Shown here: positions 1 through 10,174 of the stretch, piece after piece
How the letters are laid out: each line of letters opens with the position of its first letter
Numbering within the stretch: the stretch's first letter is position 1
From: Carnimonas bestiolae
GTDB taxonomy: Bacteria > Pseudomonadota > Gammaproteobacteria > Pseudomonadales > Halomonadaceae
Length of the DNA: 24,000 nucleotides
NCBI RefSeq assembly: GCF_051251125.1
Contig: NZ_JBPCZL010000010.1
Direction: 5' to 3' (one strand)
Translations under genes and position numbers: made by a program
The notes under the pieces: generated by a model
Database searches by the model: none
What the model saw: only the letters and a program-made list of their open reading frames with translations
What the model was told of the DNA's origin: nothing

Positions 1-456
1 AGCGGCAGTTAGTGTCATGATTGTAGCTTGATAGGCGATGGAATGATTGAAATCGTTTCCCTCAGCGATCAAATCATTAACACTCGAGACGAAATCAAAG
101 GCACTACTTACTATTCCAAATTTATCACCAGATTTGTGTAATGCGTTTAGCTCATCGGGAGATAATTTATTGCTGAATAGTTCCGCCGATATATGGGTAA
201 TATTCTTCATATTGTCAAGTGTTTCCGCATCGGCTTTAATTACGACGTTGAGATCACTGTCGTTATTTGAGCCTCCAGAACTACCAGGAGTCCCGCTACC
301 ACTCCCTGGGGAGGCCCCTCCGGAACCGAGGTCTGGCGGAAATATTGTGGGTGCTATTGGTGTAACAATCAGCTGACCGTCTGATCCCACCTCGGATTTT
401 TGCCAGAAGCCACCGCTCGGCATATCAGGAGACATAACGAATTGATAAGTAGCCAT
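1..456 (-). CDS. N-terminal part of an unidentified protein (truncated at window edge), with Gly/Ser/Pro-rich linker
   Basis: Not in the ORF track because it runs off the left edge. Reverse strand reads open from ATG at 456 to base 1 (152 codons): MATYQFVMSPDMPSGGFWQKSEVGSDGQLIVTPIAPTIFPPDLGSGGASPGSGSGTPGSSGGSNNDSDLNVVIKADAETLDNMKNITHISAELFSNKLSPDELNALHKSGDKFGIVSSAFDFVSSVNDLIAEG... An SD-like AAGAGGA lies just upstream of the ATG. Confidence 0.7.
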   Translation of the reverse strand, partial: MATYQFVMSPDMPSGGFWQKSEVGSDGQLIVTPIAPTIFPPDLGSGGASPGSGSGTPGSSGGSNNDSDLNVVIKADAETLDNMKNITHISAELFSNKLSPDELNALHKSGDKFGIVSSAFDFVSSVNDLIAEGNDFNHSIAYQATIMTLTAA

Positions 457-530
457 AAAATTCCTCTTTATTGATTTTTATTGTTTAGGCATTAACAGCT
501 ATGGGGCCTCACGAATCAGATCACTTATAC

Positions 531-559
531 ATATGATGTGTAAACTCCATGTACGTCAA
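531..559 (-). promoter_or_regulatory. possible sigma70-like promoter for the left-edge gene
   Basis: Reverse strand TTGACG (559-554), 17-nt spacer, TCATAT (536-531), about 75 nt upstream of the ATG; the -10 match is weak. Confidence 0.25.
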
Positions 560-825
560 CATTTTTATTGTTTGGTGCCAAAAAAAATTAATTTATGGGG
601 ATCTGATATTCTGACAAATGCTCTAGTGTATTGTTATCTATAGCGTTTTTAATTATTGATCATGAGGCGCTTGGATGCTCAGTGTCTCACTGTGTAGGTT
701 GCAAACAAGAATGAGCGCGAAAGGTGATGTTGCATCAGACCACGTGTGGGTAGGCGGAACCACGCGGAGCCATATCCGCGGCACGCTAGAGCTGTGATGG
801 GTGTGCGTGGGGCAGTAGGTGCAGC

Positions 826-2913
826 TCACACCACGGCGTATTGGTTGGCTTCTTCGCCCAACCAGCGGCGAATGAGCGGGGCGGCGTGTTCCGGCTGCTG
901 CTGCATCAGCGTTGCACTAAGGCGGTGAACCGGGTCGAGAAGGTCGCGGTCGCGGGTAAGGTCGGCGATCTTCATGCCGAGCAAGCCGGTCTGGCGGGTG
1001 CCGAGCACTTCGCCGGGGCCGCGTAGTTCGAGGTCTTTTTCCGCGATCTTGAAGCCGTCATTGGTATCGCGCATCACGCTGAGGCGTGCGCGGGAGCTGT
1101 CTGACAGCGGCGGATGGTACAGCAGTACGCAGAAGCTTTCGGTATCACCGCGCCCAACGCGACCACGTAGCTGGTGAAGCTGGGCCAGGCCAAGGCGCTC
1201 GGGATTTTCGATAATCATCAAGCTGGCATTGGGCACGTCCACGCCGACTTCGATCACCGTGGTCGCTACCAGCAGATCGATATCGCCCTGCTTGAAGGCG
1301 GCCATTACCTCGCTTTTTTCTTTTGCCTTCATGCGCCCGTGTACCAGCCCCACCGTGAAATCAGGTAGAGCCTCCACCAGCGCTGCATGGGTGGCCTCTG
1401 CGGCCTGGCTCTCTAACACTTCCGACTCTTCGATCAGAGTACATACCCAATAGGCCTGGCGTCCCGAAACGCACGCATGATAAATGCGCTCTACCACCTC
1501 GGCCCGGCGGCCATCGGCAATGGCCACCGTTTTAACAGGGGTACGACCGGGCGGTAGCTCGTTGATAACGGAGAGATCAAGATCGGCGTAGGCACTCATG
1601 GCGAGGGTGCGGGGAATGGGGGTGGCCGTCATCACCAACTGGTGGGGCGTTACGCCCGCGGCTTCGCCTTTTTCACGCAGCGCCAAGCGCTGGTGCACGC
1701 CAAAGCGGTGCTGTTCATCGACAATCGCCAGCGCCAGTCGATGGAAGTGTACGTCCTTCTGGAACAGCGCATGAGTACCGACCACCACTTGGGCACGGCC
1801 GTCGGCAATTGCGGCCTTGGCATCAAGCCGCGGCTTGCCCTTCAGCTTGCCTGCTAGCCATGCCACTTCGATGCCCAGCGGTTCGAACCAGGCGCAGAAA
1901 CTGCGGAAGTGCTGTTCGGCCAGCAGCTCGGTAGGGGCCATAACGGCGGCCTGATAGCCTTGCGCGGTAGCGCGTAACGCGGCGGCGGCCGCTACCACGG
2001 TTTTGCCTGATCCCACATCGCCTTGCACCAAACGCAGCATCGGCACATTGCGCTCTATATCGCGGTCGATCTCCGCTAACACGCGGCGTTGGGCGCCGGT
2101 GAGCGAGAAGGGCAAGGCGGTCAGGAATCGCGCCTGCAGCGCATCGCCGCCGCGCAGCACGGGCGCTCCGTCTTGCTGAATGCGGGCGCGCACTTCCTTG
2201 AGGCTGAGCTGATGTGCCAGTAGCTCCTCGAAGGCCAGCCGCCGTTGGGCAGGATGAGTGCCGGCTGCAAGTTGATCGACCGGCGCATCTGCTGCGGGAT
2301 GGTGCAGCTCGCGTATCGCATCGTGCAGGTGAATGAGTCGAAACTGCTGACGTAGGGCGTCGCTTAATAGCTCGGGTAGTGCGCTGGGGTGTGCATCGAA
2401 TCGCTTGAACGCTTGATCGATCAAGCCGCGTAAGCGCAGCTGAGTAATGCCTTCCGTAGTAGGGTAAATCGGCGTGAGGCGATCCTCGACGGAGTGCGCA
2501 TCGTCCTCGGTGCTAAGTAACCGGTATTCGGGATGATAGATTTCGAGGCCGGTGCTGCCGGTACGGGCCTCTCCAAACAGACGAATGCGCTTGCCACGAG
2601 TGAACTGCTTTAACTGGGCAGGCGCAAAGTGATAGAAGCGCAACGACAAAACACCGCTGCCATCCTTAACGCGCACCAGCAGGCTGCGGCGGCGCCCTTG
2701 AATAATATCTGCAGCGGTAATTTCGCCATCGACGACCGCTTCCTGGCCGGCACGCAGCTCGCCAATGGGGGTAATTCGAGTGCGGTCCTGATAGCGCAGC
2801 GGCAAGTGAAACAGCAGGTCGGAAATTGAGCTGAGCCCCAAGCGCGCCAGCTTGGCGGCCATGGCATCACCGACGCCAGCTAGTGCCGTGATCGCCTCAT
2901 TCAGCGCGCTCAT
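826..2913 (-). CDS. recG: ATP-dependent DNA helicase RecG
   Basis: 695 aa; LVQGDVGSGKTVVA Walker A, DEQH box, MTATPIPRTLA, N-terminal wedge region, QLRGRVGRG; located next to oxyR. Confidence 0.97.
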   Translation of the reverse strand: MSALNEAITALAGVGDAMAAKLARLGLSSISDLLFHLPLRYQDRTRITPIGELRAGQEAVVDGEITAADIIQGRRRSLLVRVKDGSGVLSLRFYHFAPAQLKQFTRGKRIRLFGEARTGSTGLEIYHPEYRLLSTEDDAHSVEDRLTPIYPTTEGITQLRLRGLIDQAFKRFDAHPSALPELLSDALRQQFRLIHLHDAIRELHHPAADAPVDQLAAGTHPAQRRLAFEELLAHQLSLKEVRARIQQDGAPVLRGGDALQARFLTALPFSLTGAQRRVLAEIDRDIERNVPMLRLVQGDVGSGKTVVAAAAALRATAQGYQAAVMAPTELLAEQHFRSFCAWFEPLGIEVAWLAGKLKGKPRLDAKAAIADGRAQVVVGTHALFQKDVHFHRLALAIVDEQHRFGVHQRLALREKGEAAGVTPHQLVMTATPIPRTLAMSAYADLDLSVINELPPGRTPVKTVAIADGRRAEVVERIYHACVSGRQAYWVCTLIEESEVLESQAAEATHAALVEALPDFTVGLVHGRMKAKEKSEVMAAFKQGDIDLLVATTVIEVGVDVPNASLMIIENPERLGLAQLHQLRGRVGRGDTESFCVLLYHPPLSDSSRARLSVMRDTNDGFKIAEKDLELRGPGEVLGTRQTGLLGMKIADLTRDRDLLDPVHRLSATLMQQQPEHAAPLIRRWLGEEANQYAVV

Positions 2914-2965
2914 GCGGTTTCCTTGCTGAGGTTAGCGTGATTCATCTATCGCTACGCTGTAGGGC

Positions 2966-3916
2966 TCAGGCCAAACTGTCGGAAGTGGACTTGGCTGGCT
3001 GCTGCGAATCGATATGCAGCTGGCTAGGGTCGATGGCATTGGTAAGCGCATCGATTGCCTTGGGGCGCGGGAAGCTGGCGCGCCACGCAATGGCGACGGA
3101 GCGCGAAGGCTGCGGCCCGCTAAATGGACGTGTTTCGAGCATGCCATCTTCGTAGTGACGGATACCGGTGGCGGAGCGTGGCAGCACGGTAATGCCTAGC
3201 CCAGAGGCCACCATATGACGAATGGTTTCCAGTGAACCGCCCTCGGCGACCAGCCCACCTACTGGCGAATTGATCTGATGGCTAAGTGCGGGGCAGGTTT
3301 CCAATATCTGATCGCGGAAACAGTGGCCTTCGCCCAGCAGCAACAGTCGCTCGTCCAGCAGCCATTCCCGCTCGATCTCTTTCTCTTTCAGCCACTTGTG
3401 CCCTTTGGGCAGCAGTACCTCGAACGGCTCTTCGTAAATCACCTTGGTTAGCACGTCCGGCTCGGTAAAGGGCAGCGCAACAATAATAACGTCGAGTTCG
3501 CCGGAGCGAAGTTTGCGGCGCAGCTCTCCGGTGAAGTTTTCTTCGATATACAGCGGCATCTGTGGTGCTGAATCGGTTAGCGCTGGGACCAAGTGCGGGA
3601 AAAGATAAGGGCCGATGGTGTAGATGGCACCTACGCGCAGCGGGCTGGAGAGCTGATCCTTGCCTTCGTTGGCAAGTTCCTTGATAACGTTGGCCTGTTC
3701 GAGCACCCGCGAGGCCTGGGCGATAATACGCGCCCCCATTGGAGTGACTTGCACGGTAGATTTACTGCGCTCGAACAGTGCGATACCCAGCTCTTCCTCC
3801 AGCTTCTTCACGGCGACAGAAAGCGTGGGCTGGGAGACAAAACAACGTTCGGCAGCGCGGCCAAAATGGCGTTCTTGGGAAAGCGTTACGATGTAGCGAA
3901 GCTCGGTTAACGTCAT
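2966..3916 (-). CDS. oxyR: LysR-family hydrogen peroxide sensor OxyR
   Basis: 316 aa; N-terminal LysR HTH (LRYIVTLSQERHFGRAAERCFVSQPTLSVAVKKLEEELG) and the OxyR redox-Cys motif GEGHCFRDQILETC. Confidence 0.93.
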   Translation of the reverse strand: MTLTELRYIVTLSQERHFGRAAERCFVSQPTLSVAVKKLEEELGIALFERSKSTVQVTPMGARIIAQASRVLEQANVIKELANEGKDQLSSPLRVGAIYTIGPYLFPHLVPALTDSAPQMPLYIEENFTGELRRKLRSGELDVIIVALPFTEPDVLTKVIYEEPFEVLLPKGHKWLKEKEIEREWLLDERLLLLGEGHCFRDQILETCPALSHQINSPVGGLVAEGGSLETIRHMVASGLGITVLPRSATGIRHYEDGMLETRPFSGPQPSRSVAIAWRASFPRPKAIDALTNAIDPSQLHIDSQQPAKSTSDSLA

Positions 3917-4103
3917 CTTCTCTTCCTTTGATTGCTGCCGCGCGGTACCGACCCCTCAAATGCCATCCTCACGTAAGGATCGGTTGGGGCCAACGTAGCA
4001 AAGCGATATCCCGTGCCGAGAACAGTAGGCAAGACACCGTTGCATGGTTCACACTCTGTAGCTAAAAGCGTCTGTTGTCATTCTGTTTGCCAGGGAGAAC
4101 CCA

Positions 4104-4958
4104 ATGGCGTCTCGCACCATCCTGATTGTCGGCTGCGGTGATATTGGCAGCGCACTAGGCTTGCAATTGCAAGCACAAGGCTATCGCGTTATCGGAGCGC
4201 GCCGTGATTCCCGCAGTGTGCCTGCTTCCTTCGAAGCGATACAACTCGACGTTGGCGATAACGCGTCAGTGTCTGCGCTGCCCGATGCCGACGTCCTAGT
4301 ATACGCTATCAGTGCAGATAAATTCGAAGAAAGCGCCTATCAAAGCGCATATTCGCAAGGTTTAGATAATATTTTAAGTGAATTCGAACAGCGCCCTCAG
4401 CCGCCAAGGCAGGTATTGTTCGTATCATCGACGTCTGTTTACGCCCAGTCGAGCGGCGAAGTGGTCGATGAAAGCAGTCCCACTACGCCTTACCGATTTT
4501 CCGGTCAGATCATGTGTCAGGCCGAGCAGCGGCTGATAAACAGCCCCTTGCCTGGCTCGGTGGTGCGGCTTTCCGGTATCTATGGACCGGGGCGTGAGCG
4601 GTTAATCAACCAGGCGCGCGATGGCTATACGGTGCCACAGAACCCGGCGGTCTTCACTAATCGCATCCATCGCGACGATGCTGCCGGTGTGCTGGCCTTC
4701 CTGATCGAACGGTACCAGCAAGGCGATGCCGTGGATGATATCTATCTTGCTTCCGACGACGAGCCGGCCACGCTTTACGAGGTGATGACGTGGCTCGCCC
4801 AGCGCCTTGACGTAACGCCTTCCCAACAACTCGATGCATCTGCGCGGCGGCGCTCTAACAAGCGTTGTTCGAATGCACGGCTGAAAGCACAGGGCTACCG
4901 TTTTCGTTATCCCAGCTTTCGGGAAGGCTATGCTGACGTGCTGGAAAATCTTAAATGA
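4104..4958 (+). CDS. NAD-dependent epimerase/SDR-family protein
   Basis: 284 aa; N-terminal Rossmann motif ILIVGCGDIGSALG, FVSSTSVYAQ, VVRLSGIYGPGR; SD-like AGGGAGA upstream of the ATG. Confidence 0.85.
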   Translation: MASRTILIVGCGDIGSALGLQLQAQGYRVIGARRDSRSVPASFEAIQLDVGDNASVSALPDADVLVYAISADKFEESAYQSAYSQGLDNILSEFEQRPQPPRQVLFVSSTSVYAQSSGEVVDESSPTTPYRFSGQIMCQAEQRLINSPLPGSVVRLSGIYGPGRERLINQARDGYTVPQNPAVFTNRIHRDDAAGVLAFLIERYQQGDAVDDIYLASDDEPATLYEVMTWLAQRLDVTPSQQLDASARRRSNKRCSNARLKAQGYRFRYPSFREGYADVLENLK

Positions 4959-5052
4959 AGATAAAAGCCGTAATCTGATTCTTCTCCGATATTTTCGGGA
5001 AAATGCGATGGTTGCGGCCACGTGAGTCAGCAGCAATACGTCAGCAAGCAAT

Positions 5053-5086
5053 GAGCCCCCGCGAAAGTGCGTTTTCGCGGGGGCTC
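5053..5086. terminator. bidirectional intrinsic-type terminator between convergent SDR gene and ridA
   Basis: Perfect 14-bp inverted repeat GAGCCCCCGCGAAA (5053-5066) / TTTCGCGGGGGCTC (5073-5086) with a 6-nt loop, between convergent genes. Confidence 0.8.
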
Positions 5087-5144
5087 TTGTCAGGCGGGCC
5101 TGTAAAGGGCGTGGTCAGCTTGAAACGTATTGCGTGGGCAATAA

Positions 5145-5534
5145 TCAGTCGCCGATCACTAGCACGCCTTCGGCTTCTACCTGCGCGCCTTTCGGTAGCG
5201 CTGAAATGCCTACCGCAGCGCGCGCGGGGAAGGGCGCCGAGAAGAATTCTTCCATCACCTTGTTTACCTTCGCAAAATTGCCAAGGTCGGTCATGTAGAT
5301 GTTGAGCTTCACGATCTCACCCAAAGAACCGCCGGCGGCTTTGCAGACCGTGTCCAAATTGGTGAATACCTGACGTGCCTGAGCTTCAACGTCTCCCTCT
5401 ACCAGTTCCATGGTGGCAGGGTCGAGCGGAATCTGGCCCGACAGGTAGATGGTGTTACCTGCTTTAACCGCTTGTGAGTATGGGCCAATGGCCGCAGGTG
5501 CATCGTCGGTTTGGATGACAGCGCGATTGCTCAT
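5145..5534 (-). CDS. ridA: RidA/YjgF/Rid2-family 2-iminobutanoate/2-iminopropanoate deaminase
   Basis: 129 aa; [39 protein letters not shown]... and [21 protein letters not shown], typical of RidA; downstream of spoT. Confidence 0.95.
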   Translation of the reverse strand: MSNRAVIQTDDAPAAIGPYSQAVKAGNTIYLSGQIPLDPATMELVEGDVEAQARQVFTNLDTVCKAAGGSLGEIVKLNIYMTDLGNFAKVNKVMEEFFSAPFPARAAVGISALPKGAQVEAEGVLVIGD

Positions 5535-5717
5535 AGGGGATCCTGAATAACGTCGATTGTTTAAGCACTGATTTCACCACATTTGGTGAAGAGTGTCTTT
5601 AGCTTCATCGCGATTGGTCGGCAGGGCATCGACAGAGCGTTGTGGACGCTCGGCTTCTGCCGAAAAGCGATGGGAGATAAGGTGTTCAGCCCGCCCGCGC
5701 GGGGTGCGAGAGAATAT

Positions 5718-7841
5718 TCAGCCTGCGATAACGCGACGCATGCTTTCAAGCTGAGACAAGTTGCGCATGCGTTTCATGATGCGTGCCAGATGCACACGAT
5801 CCCGAACGTCGATCACCAGAGTGATAATGGTCAGGTGGCTGTCGTTTTCTTCGGTGTCGATGCGCTCAATGTCAGCGCCCGCGTCGTCGAGCAAGGCTGC
5901 AATTTGAGCAATCAGCCGCGCGCCGGTTTTGATTTCAAGGCGCAGCGAAGAGGGCAGCGAAACACTTAGATCGTCGGGCCAGTCGATATCGACGCTCTGC
6001 TCACCCTTCGCCAGCAGGCCAATCGCGTTAGCACATTCGCCGCGGTGGATCACCACGCCATCGCCGTGGGTCAGGTGGCCAACAATGCTATCGCCTGGCA
6101 GCGGGAAGCAGCAGCGGGCAAAGCTGATGCTGTTGTTGCCCATATCGATAGTGAGCGGCTGAAGCTTGGGCAGCGGTGCAAGATCACCGCCGCTATCGGT
6201 TCGAATCAGGCGTCTGGCAATGCTATAGGCCGTTTTGGCACCTGCGCCGATCGCATGAAATAGATCGTCGGTGGTTTCGAGGTTCTCGTCGTGCAGCAGC
6301 GCTTCCATCACCCCGGGCGCAAGCTGGTCAATGGAGCTATCAAATACGCCCAGCGACTTGTTGAGCAAGCGCCGACCAAGGCCTACGCAGTCGCTATGCT
6401 GCTGGTGCTTGAGGAAGTGGCGAATAGCAGAACGGGCCTTGGCCGTACCGACAAAACTCAGCCAATTGCGGTTGGGGGTAGCGCCCGGAGCCGTGATGAT
6501 CTCGACGGTTTGACCGCTACTTAACGGCATCGACAGCGAGGCGAGGTGTCGATTAACGCGGCAGGCGATACAGCTATTGCCGATATCGGTATGCACCGCG
6601 TAGGCAAAATCGACCGCTGTCGCATTGCGCGGCAGCTCCATGATTTCACCTTTGGGCGTGAACACGTAGATATCGTCGGGGAACAGGTCGTTTTTGACGT
6701 GTTCGAAAAATTCGAGCGAACTGCCGGCCTGACGCTGCATCTCCAGCAGCCCCTGCACCCACTCGCGCGCACGCTTGTGACTGCCAGAGACGATGCTCTG
6801 ATCGGTATGCCCGGCCTTGTAAAGCCAATGAGCGGCGATGCCATTGTTGGCCATTGCCTCCATGGCACGGGTGCGTATCTGCACCTCGATGGGATAGCCA
6901 TCGACGCCAAATAGCGTGGTATGAAGGCTTTGATAGCCGTTCGATTTGGGGATCGCTATGTAGTCCTTGAAGCGTCCCGGCACCGGCTTATACAGCTGAT
7001 GCACCTTGCCCAGAATGCGATAGCAGTCGTCGACACGGTCAGTAATGATGCGGAAGCCAAACACGTCCATCAAATCATTGAACGATTTGTGCTGGTCACG
7101 CATTTTGCGGTAGATCGACAGCAAATGCTTTTGCCGGCCTGTCAGCGTACCGGGCAGGTCCGCGTTATCGAGCGTTTCCTGCAGACGGTTCTGGATTTGG
7201 CGCACCAGTGAGCGGCGATTACCGCGCGCGTGGGCCACTGCGGAACGAATACGCTCTGCGCGCATGGGATGAATGGCTTGAAAGGCCAAATCCTCAAGCT
7301 CGACACGAATGGTATTGATACCCAATCGATTCGCAATGCGGGCGTATATATCGAGGGTTTCTCGAGCAATGCGGCGCTTCTTGTCGGGGCGCAGCGAGCC
7401 CAGCGTTCGCATATTGTGCAGGCGGTCGGCAAGCTTGACGATGATCACACGGATATCGCGCGACATTGCCAGCACCATCTTTTGCAGATTATCCGCCTGC
7501 GCCACCGCCTTGTCTTCGTAGGCTATCTTGGCAAGCTTCGAGACACCATCGACCAGGTTGGCCACCTCCGCGCCGAATTGCTCTTCGAGCGCTTCACGGG
7601 TAACCGCGGTGTCTTCGATAACGTCGTGCAGCATGGCCGCCATTAGGCTCTGCGGATCCATGTGCATGTTGGCCAGAATATTGGCGACGGCGAGAGGATG
7701 GGTAACGTAAGGCTCGCCCGAGCGCCGACGCTGGCCATCGTGGGCCTGCTCGGCGTAATAATAGGCGCGCCTTACTTGACGGATTTCATCCTTGGAAAGA
7801 TATCCGTCGAGGCGATCAGCAAGATCATCAATTGCGAACAT
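5718..7841 (-). CDS. spoT: bifunctional (p)ppGpp synthetase/hydrolase SpoT
   Basis: 707 aa; HD hydrolase motif HDVIEDT, synthetase region GRFKDYIAIPKSNGYQSLHTTLFG, TGS domain, C-terminal ACT region; follows rpoZ. Confidence 0.96.
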   Translation of the reverse strand: MFAIDDLADRLDGYLSKDEIRQVRRAYYYAEQAHDGQRRRSGEPYVTHPLAVANILANMHMDPQSLMAAMLHDVIEDTAVTREALEEQFGAEVANLVDGVSKLAKIAYEDKAVAQADNLQKMVLAMSRDIRVIIVKLADRLHNMRTLGSLRPDKKRRIARETLDIYARIANRLGINTIRVELEDLAFQAIHPMRAERIRSAVAHARGNRRSLVRQIQNRLQETLDNADLPGTLTGRQKHLLSIYRKMRDQHKSFNDLMDVFGFRIITDRVDDCYRILGKVHQLYKPVPGRFKDYIAIPKSNGYQSLHTTLFGVDGYPIEVQIRTRAMEAMANNGIAAHWLYKAGHTDQSIVSGSHKRAREWVQGLLEMQRQAGSSLEFFEHVKNDLFPDDIYVFTPKGEIMELPRNATAVDFAYAVHTDIGNSCIACRVNRHLASLSMPLSSGQTVEIITAPGATPNRNWLSFVGTAKARSAIRHFLKHQQHSDCVGLGRRLLNKSLGVFDSSIDQLAPGVMEALLHDENLETTDDLFHAIGAGAKTAYSIARRLIRTDSGGDLAPLPKLQPLTIDMGNNSISFARCCFPLPGDSIVGHLTHGDGVVIHRGECANAIGLLAKGEQSVDIDWPDDLSVSLPSSLRLEIKTGARLIAQIAALLDDAGADIERIDTEENDSHLTIITLVIDVRDRVHLARIMKRMRNLSQLESMRRVIAG

Positions 7842-7906
7842 GCAGTAGGCTGACCGAGCGCTCGAGCGAAAACCCCCAAGCGCTGTAGAGTGAGTCGATT
7901 AATTGA

Positions 7907-8164
7907 TCACACATCAAATTCGGGCTGTGGCTCTGGGCGAATGCGCGGTGCGGGTGCTTCCACGGGCTCATCCAGAATCGACTTGTCTACCTGACCCGCC
8001 GCGATTTCGCGCAGTGCCATAACGGTGGACTTGTCGTTTTCCCACGCGAGCTCGGGAGTGCGGGAGCCGCGGGCCAGTTGGCGTGAGCGACGGCTCGCGA
8101 TCAACACCAGCTGAAAGCGATTATCGACATTTTCGAGGCAGTCTTCGACGGTAACGCGCGCCAT
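7907..8164 (-). CDS. rpoZ: DNA-directed RNA polymerase omega subunit
   Basis: [33 protein letters not shown]; ATG at 8164 preferred over the track start at 8173. Confidence 0.96.
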   Translation of the reverse strand: MARVTVEDCLENVDNRFQLVLIASRRSRQLARGSRTPELAWENDKSTVMALREIAAGQVDKSILDEPVEAPAPRIRPEPQPEFDV

Positions 8165-8289
8165 AATTATCACCTGTTGTGGTGTGAATAGATAAAAGCA
8201 GCAGGGCCAGCGTTTGGCCGAATGAAGCCTGCGGCCTTGATTGCCCCTACTTTAAGCGATTCTTCGCTGGAAGAAAAAGGGCAAGGAGT

Positions 8290-9054
<765 letters not shown>

Positions 9055-9265
9055 TTATTCTGAAGATTTAAAAAACGACGATTATGCAGCGTTACGTATT
9101 GATAACGATTCCGCCTTATTTCATATTAAACATTTAAGAGTATTGAAAGGTTCTTGCATAGTTTAACCACTTTTCCTCAATACCCTGTGATGTTTAATCG
9201 ATGTTATCTATCACGCCAAAATTCTTTCTTGCAAGGAAATATATACTTTCCTCTCAGGCTATAGT

Positions 9266-9349
9266 TGCCCCGCAGACGGGGCAGTATACTCCGCGCCGCT
9301 TCCCAATATGGCGCGCCCCATTCGGTATTGGGCTCCCCCATCACATGGG
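9266..9349. promoter_or_regulatory. cluster of small perfect/nested inverted repeats upstream of the fimbrial operon
   Basis: TGCCCCG-CAGA-CGGGGCA (9266-9283); CCCAATA (9302-9308) / TATTGGG (9326-9332); CCCAT-CAC-ATGGG (9337-9349). Function unknown. Confidence 0.4.
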
Positions 9350-9598
9350 AAGTTTCATATCTGTCCTGCCATTGTTTTTATTTGAATGAATGCTCGATAG
9401 CGTCACGATCGACCAATAGATGCTTCTGCTTATTAATTATTAACCGCGCATTATTCTTGGCGAATCTGATACGCGTAGCAGAAACAGCGGCATGACCAAA
9501 CCCGTCCATTCGCAAATAGCGCTCACGCGTTAGAACTTCGTGCGCGTAATTCGTTAGTAATGGCGTCATTAAATATTGATTATTTGCAGGGTAAGCTC

Positions 9599-10123
9599 AT
9601 GAAAAAATTTACACTCTCTAGTGTGGCAGTGCTGTTGGGCGCACTTGTTGCTGCCCCCCAGGCCATGGCTGCGGCCGGCATCGTCCATTTCACCGGTGAA
9701 CTGGTGGAATCGGCGTGTAACGTTTCCACTGACTCTCGGGATCAAACCGTCGATATGGGGCGCTGGCCCACTAGCCAGTTCTCAAAAACGGGCTCAGTGA
9801 GCGCCTTCAAGGCGTTCAAGATCAATCTCTCAAACTGTGACGAAGGCAGCTACACCATCCGCTTTGATGGCAGCAGCCCAGCAGGTCGCCCTGATCTTCT
9901 TGCGCTCAAATCAGGTGGTGCAGAAGGCGTGGGCATTGAGCTGCTCGATTTGAGTAACTCGGTATTCCCGATCGCTCAGGAAATCAGCGACCCCGCGCTG
10001 GTGCAGGTCGATGAAAACGGTAACGCCTCTGTCGACGTTAAGGCGCGCTACAAGTCCTATCAGGATGAAGTTAGCGCTGGTCGTGCTGACGCCGATGCGA
10101 CATTCGCTATCGAGTATCGATAA
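9599..10123 (+). CDS. major fimbrial subunit (type 1/FimA-like chaperone-usher pilin)
   Basis: ATG at 9599 gives a signal peptide MKKFTLSSVAVLLGALVAAPQAMAAA; IVHFTGELVESACNV with paired Cys (NLSNC), C-terminal ADATFAIEYR strand; followed by chaperone and usher genes. The track start at 9560 is probably too early. Confidence 0.9.
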   Translation: MKKFTLSSVAVLLGALVAAPQAMAAAGIVHFTGELVESACNVSTDSRDQTVDMGRWPTSQFSKTGSVSAFKAFKINLSNCDEGSYTIRFDGSSPAGRPDLLALKSGGAEGVGIELLDLSNSVFPIAQEISDPALVQVDENGNASVDVKARYKSYQDEVSAGRADADATFAIEYR

Positions 10124-10130
10124 GCGCCGC

Positions 10131-10152
10131 TGCCGGAGCTGCGGCTCCGGCA
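10131..10152 (+). promoter_or_regulatory. intercistronic stem-loop between pilin and chaperone genes
   Basis: Perfect 9-bp stem TGCCGGAGC / GCTCCGGCA with TGCG loop, 7 nt after the pilin stop; no U-tract follows. Confidence 0.7.
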
Positions 10153-10174
10153 TTCCAGTTACGGGGGCATATTC

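Noticed and set aside
47-376. Plus-strand ORF (109 aa) in the track
   Set aside because: Antisense to the better-supported minus-strand ORF from 456 to the left edge, which has an SD and a natural-looking sequence.
763-780. CGCGGA-GCCATA-TCCGCG hairpin downstream of recG as a terminator
   Set aside because: Stem is only 6 bp and no T-tract follows on the minus strand; not strong enough to call.
9378-9569. Minus-strand 63-aa ORF and overlapping plus-strand ORFs (9201-9389, 9265-9495) upstream of the fimbrial operon
   Set aside because: Short, no recognisable domain, mutually overlapping in an AT-rich regulatory-looking region; considered as a possible fimbrial regulator but no HTH seen.
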